The notes under the pieces were generated by a model. That model was given only the letters and a program-made list of their open reading frames with translations. It had not been told where the DNA came from and made no database searches. The position numbers and the translations under genes are program-made. Shown here in pieces: positions 50,148 through 58,569 of a DNA stretch of 64,000 nt; positions within the stretch are counted from its first letter, which is position 1, and each line of letters starts with the position of its first letter. The stretch spans positions 448,001-512,000 of the forward strand of contig CAVUVW010000013.1 of the NCBI GenBank assembly GCA_963745035.1, given 5' to 3'. Source of the DNA: an uncultured delta proteobacterium (lineage in GTDB: Bacteria > Desulfobacterota > Binatia > UBA9968).

Positions 50148-51875
50148 ATGGAACCACGTTTTGCCGAACTCCTAGTTAGAGGGGGGTTGGTTTCCCGCGA
50201 TCAACTGTCCGAAGCACAGAAAAGAGAACGGGAAAACGGCTCCAGTGTCGCCCGAGAAATCGTCCGCTTGGGCTACACCAATGAAGAAACTTTAACCCAG
50301 TTCCTCGGCAAACAATTCGGCATCGAATTGCTCGAGCTTGTCCCCGGCGAGATCGACGACGGCGTCTTCAGCGTGGTGCCGCCCCACATCGTCCAAAAAC
50401 ACCAGCTAATTCCGTTCAAGCTCGCAGGCTCGACTTTGACGGTAGCCATGTCCGATCCCACGGACTTGGTTGCGATCAATGAAGTCAAGTTCGTCACCGG
50501 ATACGGCGTGCGCGTCGTATTGGCGACGCCCTCCAATATTAAAAAGACCCTGGATCATCGGTTCGGCGGCGTCAGCTATGACGACGTGCTGAAAAAGTTC
50601 GGCGACGGCGAGATGGAGGTTGTCCAGGAGAGCGACGACGTCAATCTTCAAGAGTTGCAACAGGCTACGATGGATGCGCCGGTGGTGACGCTGGTGAACG
50701 CCATTTTGTCCGATGCCGCCAAGCGTCGCTGCAGCGATATCCACATCGAGCCGTACGAGAAGATCTTTCGCGTGCGGTTTCGCGTGGACGGAGTGCTCCA
50801 GGAAATCATGAGCCCGCCCTTGCGGCTTAAAAATGCCCTCGTCTCGCGCCTCAAAGTGATGGCGGGTTTGGATATCGCGGAGCGCCGCCTGACCCAGGAC
50901 GGTCGCATCAAGCTCAAGATGGGCGTGGGCGGCGAGCTCGACATTCGCGTTTCCATCCTGCCCACCCTGTTCGGCGAAAAGGTCGTGATGCGTCTGCTGG
51001 ACAAGTCTAATTTGCAGCTCGACATGGCAAAGCTCGGCTTCGATGCGCAAAACCTGAAGGATTTTCAAGAGGCGATTCACAAGCCGTACGGCATGATTCT
51101 GATCACCGGCCCGACCGGCAGCGGCAAGTCCACCACGCTGTATTCCGCTCTTTCCGAGCTCAACAAGGCGGATGTGAATATTTCTACGGCGGAAGATCCA
51201 GTCGAGTACAATTTGGTGGGCATCAACCAGGTGCAGGTTCGCGAGCAGATCGGGCTCAACTTTGCCGCCTGTCTGCGCTCGTTTCTGCGTCAGGACCCGG
51301 ACATCATCATGGTGGGCGAAATCCGCGACTTGGAAACCGCTCAGATTGCCATCAAAGCGGCGCTCACCGGTCATCTTGTCCTCAGTACTCTTCATACCAA
51401 TGACTGCCCGGCGACGGTGGACCGCCTCCTCAATATGGGAGCGGAGCCGTTTCTTTTGACGTCATCGATTAATTTGATTCTCGCCCAGCGGCTGGTGCGG
51501 CGAATCTGCGAGCAGTGCAAGGAGCCGATCGAAATCAAATCCGAAGTATTGATCACTCTAGGCGTGGACTCGGCCGAAGCCAGCGGCGGTTTTCCGGCGT
51601 TCCACGGCCGCGGCTGCGGCAACTGCGCCAACACCGGCTACCGCGGACGTCTGGCGGTCTACGAAGTCATGGTGATGCACGAAATGATCAAAGAATTGAT
51701 TCTAAAAGGCGCCTCGGCGATGGAGCTCAAGAGGGAAGCGGTCAAGCTTGGCATGAGCACGCTGCGCATGAGCGCCTTACAAAAAGTTCGCCAGGGACTT
51801 ACGACCGTCGATGAAACCATTCGCGTCACCGATACCGACAAAGGCTTCGGCTCGGTGTTCTCGCTCGGATTCTAA
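50148..51875 (+). CDS. pilB: Type IVa pilus assembly ATPase
   Basis: SDIHIEP, GPTGSGKST, EDPVE, LRQDPD, TGHLVLSTLH and CxxC pairs. Confidence 0.96.
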   Translation: MEPRFAELLVRGGLVSRDQLSEAQKRERENGSSVAREIVRLGYTNEETLTQFLGKQFGIELLELVPGEIDDGVFSVVPPHIVQKHQLIPFKLAGSTLTVAMSDPTDLVAINEVKFVTGYGVRVVLATPSNIKKTLDHRFGGVSYDDVLKKFGDGEMEVVQESDDVNLQELQQATMDAPVVTLVNAILSDAAKRRCSDIHIEPYEKIFRVRFRVDGVLQEIMSPPLRLKNALVSRLKVMAGLDIAERRLTQDGRIKLKMGVGGELDIRVSILPTLFGEKVVMRLLDKSNLQLDMAKLGFDAQNLKDFQEAIHKPYGMILITGPTGSGKSTTLYSALSELNKADVNISTAEDPVEYNLVGINQVQVREQIGLNFAACLRSFLRQDPDIIMVGEIRDLETAQIAIKAALTGHLVLSTLHTNDCPATVDRLLNMGAEPFLLTSSINLILAQRLVRRICEQCKEPIEIKSEVLITLGVDSAEASGGFPAFHGRGCGNCANTGYRGRLAVYEVMVMHEMIKELILKGASAMELKREAVKLGMSTLRMSALQKVRQGLTTVDETIRVTDTDKGFGSVFSLGF

Positions 51876-51947
51876 GCGGCGGGTGGCGATTCAGCGCAGC
51901 CTAGCCAAGACGGTGGCCTCAGGTCGAGAAACAGAGCGGATATAGAT

Positions 51948-53174
51948 ATGGCAATATTTGTTTGGGAAGGAAGAACCGCCCAAGGAAGACTGGTCAAGGG
52001 CGACAATCTGGAAGCGCCGGATTTGGAAGCCGCGCTGACGCGCTTGCGCGAGCAGAGGATCCGCCCGATCGCGAGTCGGGTGCGGGAGAAAGGGAAAGGA
52101 TTAGAAAGAGAGCTCTCGATACCGGGCTTCGGCGACAAGGTTACGACGAAGGACATCTCGCTCGCTACGCGCCAGCTGGCGACCATGATCGACGCCGGGC
52201 TGCCGATCGTTCAATGCCTGGATATTCTTGCCCAGCAATCCGAGAGTAAGCTGCTTTGCAAGACCGTGAGCACGGTCAAAAAGGACGTCGAAGGAGGCAG
52301 CACCCTGGCGGACGCGCTGCGCAAACATCCGAAGATTTTTGACGACCTGTACGTGAATATGGTCGAGGCCGGCGAGGCCGGCGGTATTCTCAACACCATT
52401 CTCAATCGCATCGCCCTGTTCATCGAAAAGGCCAATCGCCTGAAGAAAAAAGTCAAAGGCGCGATGATCTATCCCTGCGCCATCGTCTGCGTGGCGGTCA
52501 TTGTCGTCGCCGTTTTGATGATCTTCGTCATTCCCGTATTCGCCGAGCTCTACGGCGGCATGGGCAAAGAGCTGCCGCTGCCGACGCAGATCTGTATCAA
52601 TATCAGCAACTGGTTCGTCGCTTATTGGTACGTTCTGGTTGCCGCTCTGACAGGGGTATTCATGGGAATTTCTTTTTACTACAAAACCCCCCACGGGCGC
52701 ATGAATATCGACCGACTGATGCTGCGCATGCCAATCATCGGCGATCTCTTGAGAAAAGTCGCCGTTGCCCGTTTTTCCCAGAACATGTCGCTGCTGCTGA
52801 GCTCGGGCGTGCCGATCTTGGATGGATTGGCGATCACCGGAAAAACCGCGGGCAACAAGGTCGTCGAGAAGGCGATTTTGGAGAGCCGCATCAGCATCAG
52901 CCAGGGGAAAACCGTCGCGGAGCCGTTGCGTGACAGCAAGATTTTTCCGCCTCTGGTCTGTCAGATGGTCGCGGTGGGGGAAAGCACCGGCGGCCTCGAT
53001 ACCATGCTCAAAAAAGTCGCCGAGTTGTACGAGGAAGAAGTAGATGACGCGGTGGCGAATCTTACCGCGATGATGGAGCCCATGATCATGGTTGTTTTGG
53101 GTGTTATCCTCGGCGGCCTGGTGATCGCCATGTATCTCCCGATCTTCCAGATGGGATCGTTGGTGGGCGGGTGA
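51948..53174 (+). CDS. pilC: Type IV pilus platform protein (T2SS F family)
   Basis: TRQLATMIDAGLP, AGEAGG.L and LTAMMEPMIMV..YLPIF motifs. Confidence 0.95.
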   Translation: MAIFVWEGRTAQGRLVKGDNLEAPDLEAALTRLREQRIRPIASRVREKGKGLERELSIPGFGDKVTTKDISLATRQLATMIDAGLPIVQCLDILAQQSESKLLCKTVSTVKKDVEGGSTLADALRKHPKIFDDLYVNMVEAGEAGGILNTILNRIALFIEKANRLKKKVKGAMIYPCAIVCVAVIVVAVLMIFVIPVFAELYGGMGKELPLPTQICINISNWFVAYWYVLVAALTGVFMGISFYYKTPHGRMNIDRLMLRMPIIGDLLRKVAVARFSQNMSLLLSSGVPILDGLAITGKTAGNKVVEKAILESRISISQGKTVAEPLRDSKIFPPLVCQMVAVGESTGGLDTMLKKVAELYEEEVDDAVANLTAMMEPMIMVVLGVILGGLVIAMYLPIFQMGSLVGG

Positions 53175-53230
53175 GTCCGTGGTTCACTACTTTCGTCGCC
53201 GCCGGCTGGCCGCTGGTTAGGCGCGCTGGC

Positions 53231-55258
53231 GTGAGTGAGGAGCACAGGGGTCTCGCGCAGAAGATCCGCTGGCTGCTGCTCTTGCGCGTGGTGATCGTTT
53301 CTTTTTTCCTCGGCGCGACGGCGCTGTTTCATTTCGTGCGCACCGAGGGCAATCTCGGCTACCTCGTCGATCTCTCCATTCCTTTAATTCTCGCGTATGT
53401 GATTTCCCTCGGTTCGGTTGCGCTCTTGCCGTATACCCGCGGTCTCCGGCTGTTCGCTCATGCGCAAGTCGGTTTTGACGTGGTGCTGATCACCGGCATC
53501 ATTTGGATCACCGGGGATATGACCAGTCCTTTTTCGGTTCTCTACAATCTGGCCGTAATGAACGGCGCCATTCTGCTTTTTTATCGCGGCGCGTTTTTCG
53601 CCGCTGCCTTTTCCGGCATGTCCTACGCGAGCCTGCTCATCTGGTCGCGCTATGCGAATTCCGGTGCGGACCTGCCGCTTTCGTGGCCGACGCTGTTTCC
53701 CATTGTGCAGAGTATAGCGAGCTATTTCATCATCGCGGGATTGAGCGGCTTCTTGACCAATAAACTGAGCGAAACGGAAAAATTACTGAAAGAGAAGCAA
53801 GAGGACTATCGCGACTTGGACGCGCTCAAGGACGCTCTTCTCCAGGGCATCGGCAGCGGAGTAGCCATTACAGATCCGGAAGGGCGAATCAACTATTTCA
53901 ACCGCCAAGCACAGGCGCTTACGACTCTGGACGAAACCGCGATCCAGGGCAAACGGCTGGATCAAATTTTCCCCGACTTAGGCGGCAATTTTCAGCGCAA
54001 TCTTGGCGCCGGCGCCATCGTTACCGACGAGCTATCCATCGGCGCGCTCCACAAGCAAATCCGTCTTACAGTCGCTCCTCTCAATAATGCTCGCGAGCAG
54101 TCGATCGGCTACGTCGCGATTTTTGACGACATCACCAAGCAGAAACAAATCGAAGAAAAGGTGCGCCTCGAAGAGGAACTGCGTCGGGCCAGAGAAGTTG
54201 AGCTCGCGCGCCACGCGCCCGAAGAGCAAAATTTTCAATTCGAGGGTGTTATCGGCAAGAGCGGCGGCATCGAAAAGATCTATCAGCTCGTCCGAAAAGT
54301 TTCGGCGAGCAACACCAATGTGCTGATCACCGGGGAAAGCGGCACCGGCAAGGAGCTCGTGGCCCGCGCGATTCATCTCAACGGGCCGAGGAAAGAACGG
54401 CCGTTCGTCGCAGTCAACTGTGGCGCGATTCCCGAAACCCTGATGGAGAGCGAGCTCTTTGGACACGTGCGCGGCGCCTTCACCGGGGCGGTGTCCGACC
54501 ACACGGGGCTTTTCAAACAGGCGGACCAGGGAACGATTTTTCTCGACGAGGTGGGCGAGTTGGCGCTTCATCTGCAGGTCAAACTACTGCGGGTGCTTCA
54601 AGAAAAGAGCTTTACGCCGGTCGGCGGCAGTAAACCCATTAAAGTCGATGTTCGGGTGATCTCGGCCACCAACAAGGATCTGCGCAAGGAATTGGAGGAA
54701 GGCCGCTTTCGGGAAGATCTATTTTACCGGCTCAATGTCGTACAGATGGTTATGCCTCCGCTACGCAGCAGAAAAGACGATGTTGCCGCGCTGGCGCATT
54801 ACTTTCTCCGGAAATTTGCCGCAGCGCATGGCAAGAGAGTGGAAGAAATCTCCAGCAGTACGCTGTTGCGGTTGATGAATCACTCCTATCCCGGCAATGT
54901 CCGGGAGCTGGAAAACATCATCGAGCATGCGGTCGCGGTGGCCGGCAAGAACATTCTGACGGACGAAGACTTGCCCCAACATTTGAGCAATGCCGCGATC
55001 GAACCCGCCGATCCGCTCGGAGATACCGATCCGGAGACCGCCGAGTTGTTCTTTGAAAAGGGAGTTTCCTTGGACGCTGAGTTGGAGACCTACGAGAGGC
55101 GTATTTTGCTCAGCGCTTTGAAGCGAGCCAACGGCGTGCAGAAAAGAGCCGCCGAAATCCTCGGTATCAATTATCGCTCACTGCGCCATCGCCTGGAGAA
55201 ATATGATCTTTTGGGCTCAAGGGCCGACCTCGTCGAGCGTTCCGAAGACGCGCAGTAA
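53231..55258 (+). CDS. Membrane-anchored sigma54-dependent activator: PilS-like TM sensor plus PAS fused to PilR-like AAA+ and HTH
   Basis: About six N-terminal TMs with PilS-like motifs (WL..LR, D..LIT..I..TG...SPF..LY), a PAS-like region, then GESGTGKE, ESELFGH.RGAFTGA, LDEVGE, FREDLFYRLNV, PGNVRELEN and a Fis-type HTH. No HisKA, HATPase or REC domain. Start is GTG 53231 or 53171. Confidence 0.9.
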   Translation: MSEEHRGLAQKIRWLLLLRVVIVSFFLGATALFHFVRTEGNLGYLVDLSIPLILAYVISLGSVALLPYTRGLRLFAHAQVGFDVVLITGIIWITGDMTSPFSVLYNLAVMNGAILLFYRGAFFAAAFSGMSYASLLIWSRYANSGADLPLSWPTLFPIVQSIASYFIIAGLSGFLTNKLSETEKLLKEKQEDYRDLDALKDALLQGIGSGVAITDPEGRINYFNRQAQALTTLDETAIQGKRLDQIFPDLGGNFQRNLGAGAIVTDELSIGALHKQIRLTVAPLNNAREQSIGYVAIFDDITKQKQIEEKVRLEEELRRAREVELARHAPEEQNFQFEGVIGKSGGIEKIYQLVRKVSASNTNVLITGESGTGKELVARAIHLNGPRKERPFVAVNCGAIPETLMESELFGHVRGAFTGAVSDHTGLFKQADQGTIFLDEVGELALHLQVKLLRVLQEKSFTPVGGSKPIKVDVRVISATNKDLRKELEEGRFREDLFYRLNVVQMVMPPLRSRKDDVAALAHYFLRKFAAAHGKRVEEISSSTLLRLMNHSYPGNVRELENIIEHAVAVAGKNILTDEDLPQHLSNAAIEPADPLGDTDPETAELFFEKGVSLDAELETYERRILLSALKRANGVQKRAAEILGINYRSLRHRLEKYDLLGSRADLVERSEDAQ

Positions 55259-55271
55259 CAAAGTTTGTCAC
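55255..55271. promoter_or_regulatory. Candidate upstream activator (bEBP) site
   Basis: Near-palindrome GTAACAAA-G-TTTGTCAC about 200 bp upstream of the sigma54 promoter; weaker copy at 55297-55313. Confidence 0.5.
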
Positions 55272-55465
55272 TTCTGTACAGGCACAGCCGAAGCGAGTTC
55301 CGAATTTTGTGGCGCGGGATTTTCTTGCTTGACCGATGAGAATTCCCTCCACGGTCTTCTAATCCCGTGAATTATACGGGATTTCGAAGACTTACGACGA
55401 CTTACAAGGTGGTTCCAGCAAGTGAATTTTGAAGCCCTCCTCAGGCCAAGAGTAGTCAGATCCTC

Positions 55466-55481
55466 TGGCCTTTTTCTTGCT
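55466..55481 (+). promoter_or_regulatory. sigma54 -24/-12 promoter of pilA
   Basis: TGGCCT-N5-TTGCT with exact GG-N10-GC spacing, between the activator gene and the pilin. Confidence 0.75.
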
Positions 55482-55626
55482 CTACCGCAAGTGACGTTTT
55501 ACAACGTGGATTGTCATTTTAAAAAAGGGGGTGAGCCCGGACATTTGAATCGGCGGCTGAACTAGATCAACCAATCCACGTCGGGAAGTGAAAATCCAAA
55601 GTCAAAAGCTTACGAAAGGAAGAAAG

Positions 55627-56015
55627 ATGAATAGACTAAGACTACAAAATGAATCCGGCTTTACGCTCATCGAGTTGCTGGTGGTGGTCGCGATCATCGG
55701 TATTCTCGCAGCGATCGCAATTCCCCAGTTTGCGGCTTACAGAAAGCGAGGCCATGAGGCCCAGGTAAAATCCGATTTGAGAAACGCGGCGGTGGCTCAA
55801 GAAGCGTACTTTGCCGCACAGTCCGCTTACAAGGCCTCGTCTTCGGCGTTCACCAGTTCCACCGCGCCGGGATTCAATCCCACGACAGGAGTTAATGTAT
55901 TTGCGGCGGCTGGAACCAATACGTTTCATTGACCGCGACGCACGCGAACTGTGGTACGAACGTGTGGACGTTCAGCAGCGGTAACGGGACGATTACTGGC
56001 ACTGCGTGTCCATAA
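55627..56015 (+). CDS. pilA: Type IVa major pilin (1-nt deletion near 55924-55927)
   Basis: G|FTLIELLVVVAIIGILAAIAIP prepilin motif. Adding one base in ACGTTTCA extends the frame to ...LTATHANCGTNVWTFSSGNGTITGTACP*, which has a C-terminal Cys pair, followed by a terminator. Confidence 0.92.
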
Positions 56016-56049
56016 GCGAGTATGTAAAGTTATTTTCGTCGGTTAAGTT

Positions 56050-56079
56050 AAAAAGGGGGGGCCGCTTTGGCCCCCTTTT
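56050..56079 (+). terminator. Intrinsic (bidirectional) terminator after pilA
   Basis: AAAAAGGGGGGGCC-GCTTT-GGCCCCCTTTT. Confidence 0.82.
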
Positions 56080-56145
56080 CAGTTGTAAGAATCTGTTTTA
56101 AATCAAGCATATCTCTTGATACGCTCTTCCTAGCCGGTCGCATCA

Positions 56146-58555
56146 GTGTTTTACATTGCTAAATCACTGAACAAAGACGTTGTTGCCGTCGCCGTCCTTT
56201 TGGGAATGGTGATCTGGTTTTGTGACGAGATTGTCTTCGCGGCGAAGATTCCTTTCTTTCGCGATCTCGTAACTTACTTTTATCCGATCAAGTTCAGCGT
56301 TGCCGAAGCTTTTAAAGCAGGTGAGCTGCCGTTGTGGGACCGGCACATGGCGACTGGGTTCCCGATCATGGCCGGCTTTCAGTCGGCAGTCTTTTACCCG
56401 CCTAGCGCCGCGTACTACGTTCTGACATTCTTCCCCGCAATTCGATTTACCTTCATATTTCACTATGCCCTTGCCGCGACTGGCTCATACGTTTTGTTTC
56501 GATCCTGGAAATTCCCTGCGCATGTTTCACTGATCGGGGCTATTTTGTTTACGTTTGGCGGCACGACAGTATCGCTCTCAAACCTACTCAATCATTTTCA
56601 GAGCGCAGTTTGGCTACCGTGGGTCATCTATTCCTGGGAACGCGCTGTCAGAACAGCCGGATGGAAAAACGTTTCCATCTTCTCCATTGTTGCGCTTTGC
56701 CAACTCCTCGCTGGATCGCCGGAAATATTTCTTTTATCGATAGGTTTGGTGGCGCTCGACACATTTCGGCTTGCTCGCAACGAACAACTTCGCGGCATTT
56801 TTAAAATTTTTGCGATGTCGTTTGGTTCGGCTTGCATCGTTATTGGGCTCGGCATGATTCAACTGCTGCCGACAGCCGAGCTTGTTATGCAATCTCGCCG
56901 CGATCAAGCCATTCATATGGTGGAGGCCCTCAGTTGGTCACTCCAGCCGTCAAGTCTGATTGGTCTGTTGCTACCGACGCTCGAGGCAGACGCTTCGCTT
57001 ACGGTGGGCATTCGCTTGTTGTTCGCTCATGGCGTGCCGTTTCTGCTTAGCCACTACATTGGCGTTATTGGCATTTTCGGCTTGTGCGGGTGGTTCCGGG
57101 CGGCGCCGATGAAGGAACGCGCGGTCGTGCTCGCAGCGCTCGCGGGGAGCCTGCTGTTCGCCTTCGGCAGCTATACACCGGTCTACCCGTTTCTTTATGA
57201 TTGGGTCCCTGTGCTTCGCGTAATGCGTTTCCCCGAAAAATACTACTATCTGACTTTTGCGCTCCTGGTAGTCACAATCGTTCGCGGTCTCCGGCATATA
57301 GATGAGAATAAGAATTCTCACGCATGGTGGGCAATAGCGACGGCTATATCTGCTGCTTCGCTCATCGCGTATGTGACATTTCGCATGCCGGCCTCAGCTC
57401 CTTGCTGAGTTTCTTCTGCCGCGGATTTCAGGCGCAACTTCTCTTGAAACAGACCCAAGAACAATTGCGGCGATTCTGGTCATCTTGGAGAAGCAGATCG
57501 CCATCTCCTTAACCTTTGCCTTAGTATTTGGTCTTAGTCGGCTCGATGTTCTACGACCGGCTTTGGCTGGATCATTGCTCGTTCTAGCAGTATTTTTCGA
57601 TCTGAGCAGCGCTACAAAACCGCTGCACTTCGTGCGCGCCGAAAACGTTGTGAACAGCGCGGCCCGGATCCTTGAAAAACCGCCCGCCGATCACAGCCGG
57701 CTTTTCTACTATCCACCGGGAGACAACGTGCATCCAAGCTTTATGCGAGTCGCCGGTAATCCTACTTACGAGAAAGCGACCGAGATAGCGTTGAACAATC
57801 TGCTGCCCAACGCGGGCATGCTCTACGGCTTTGAGTATTTCCAGGACATCGACGCGCTTGGCAGCCGCGGCTACACTGATTTCCTAATGTTCATCAATTC
57901 TCTACCAGCCGAGCGGCGAGGCAAACTTCTGCGCGCAACTAACGTAAAGCACGTCGTGGCGTTTCACGCGTTGCACGTGAGAGGACTCGACCTTGTCCAG
58001 GAATTTCCCGAGCATTACTCCGCGCTCTACGAGGTTGCCGATGCGGTGCCCCGAGCATACGTTGCGAGGCGCTCGATTTTTGATCCAAATGTGAAAACTA
58101 CATTGGAACGGATGGCGAGCGACGATTTCGATCCGTTGCGCGACGTGATTCTCGACGCGCCGGTTCAGTTGGAGCCCAACGCCTCTTTCCAAGGAAGTGC
58201 GACGATCAATCGTTACGAGAATAACCGTGTGCTGGTTGACGCGCGGCTTAGTGACTCCGGCGTTTTGGTGCTGACCGATGCTTTTTATCCGGGATGGAAA
58301 GTTTTCGTCGACGGCAAGGAGCAAACCATTCGACGCGCCAACTACTTGTTTCGCGGGGTGGAGTTGCCGTCCGGCGCCCATCAGGTTGAGTTCGTTTATG
58401 ATCCACTTTCATTCAAGATCGGCCTGATCGTCTCGCTTCTCACGGTCGTTTTTCTGATCGCCGTACCTTTGGCGAGCGCGATACGGCGAAAAAGGCTTTT
58501 AAGACAATCGGCCCGAATCGTTTCTCATCAACCCGCGCGTGCTCCGGGCGGTTAG
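56146..58555 (+). CDS. YfhO-family polytopic membrane protein (GT-C fold glycosyltransferase), split by a 1-nt insertion near 57385
   Basis: RD...FYP, LPLW....TG.P and FYPP at the N-terminus; GVLVLTDAFYPGWK.FVDG...RANYLFRGV.L.G.H.V.F.Y.P at the C-terminus. ORFs 56146-57408 and 57485-58555 join via an open frame 2 from about 57386. Confidence 0.85.
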
Positions 58556-58569
58556 CCCGAAACGTATCA

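Noticed and set aside
55310-55329. Second sigma54-like motif TGGCGC...TTGCT
   Set aside because: The GG-to-GC spacing is 14 nt, not 10.
55588-55932. Naturally short Geobacter-style split pilin, or a programmed frameshift
   Set aside because: There is no separate PilA-C start and no slippery heptamer. One added base gives a normal pilin with a terminal Cys pair ending just before the terminator, and other indels occur in this assembly.
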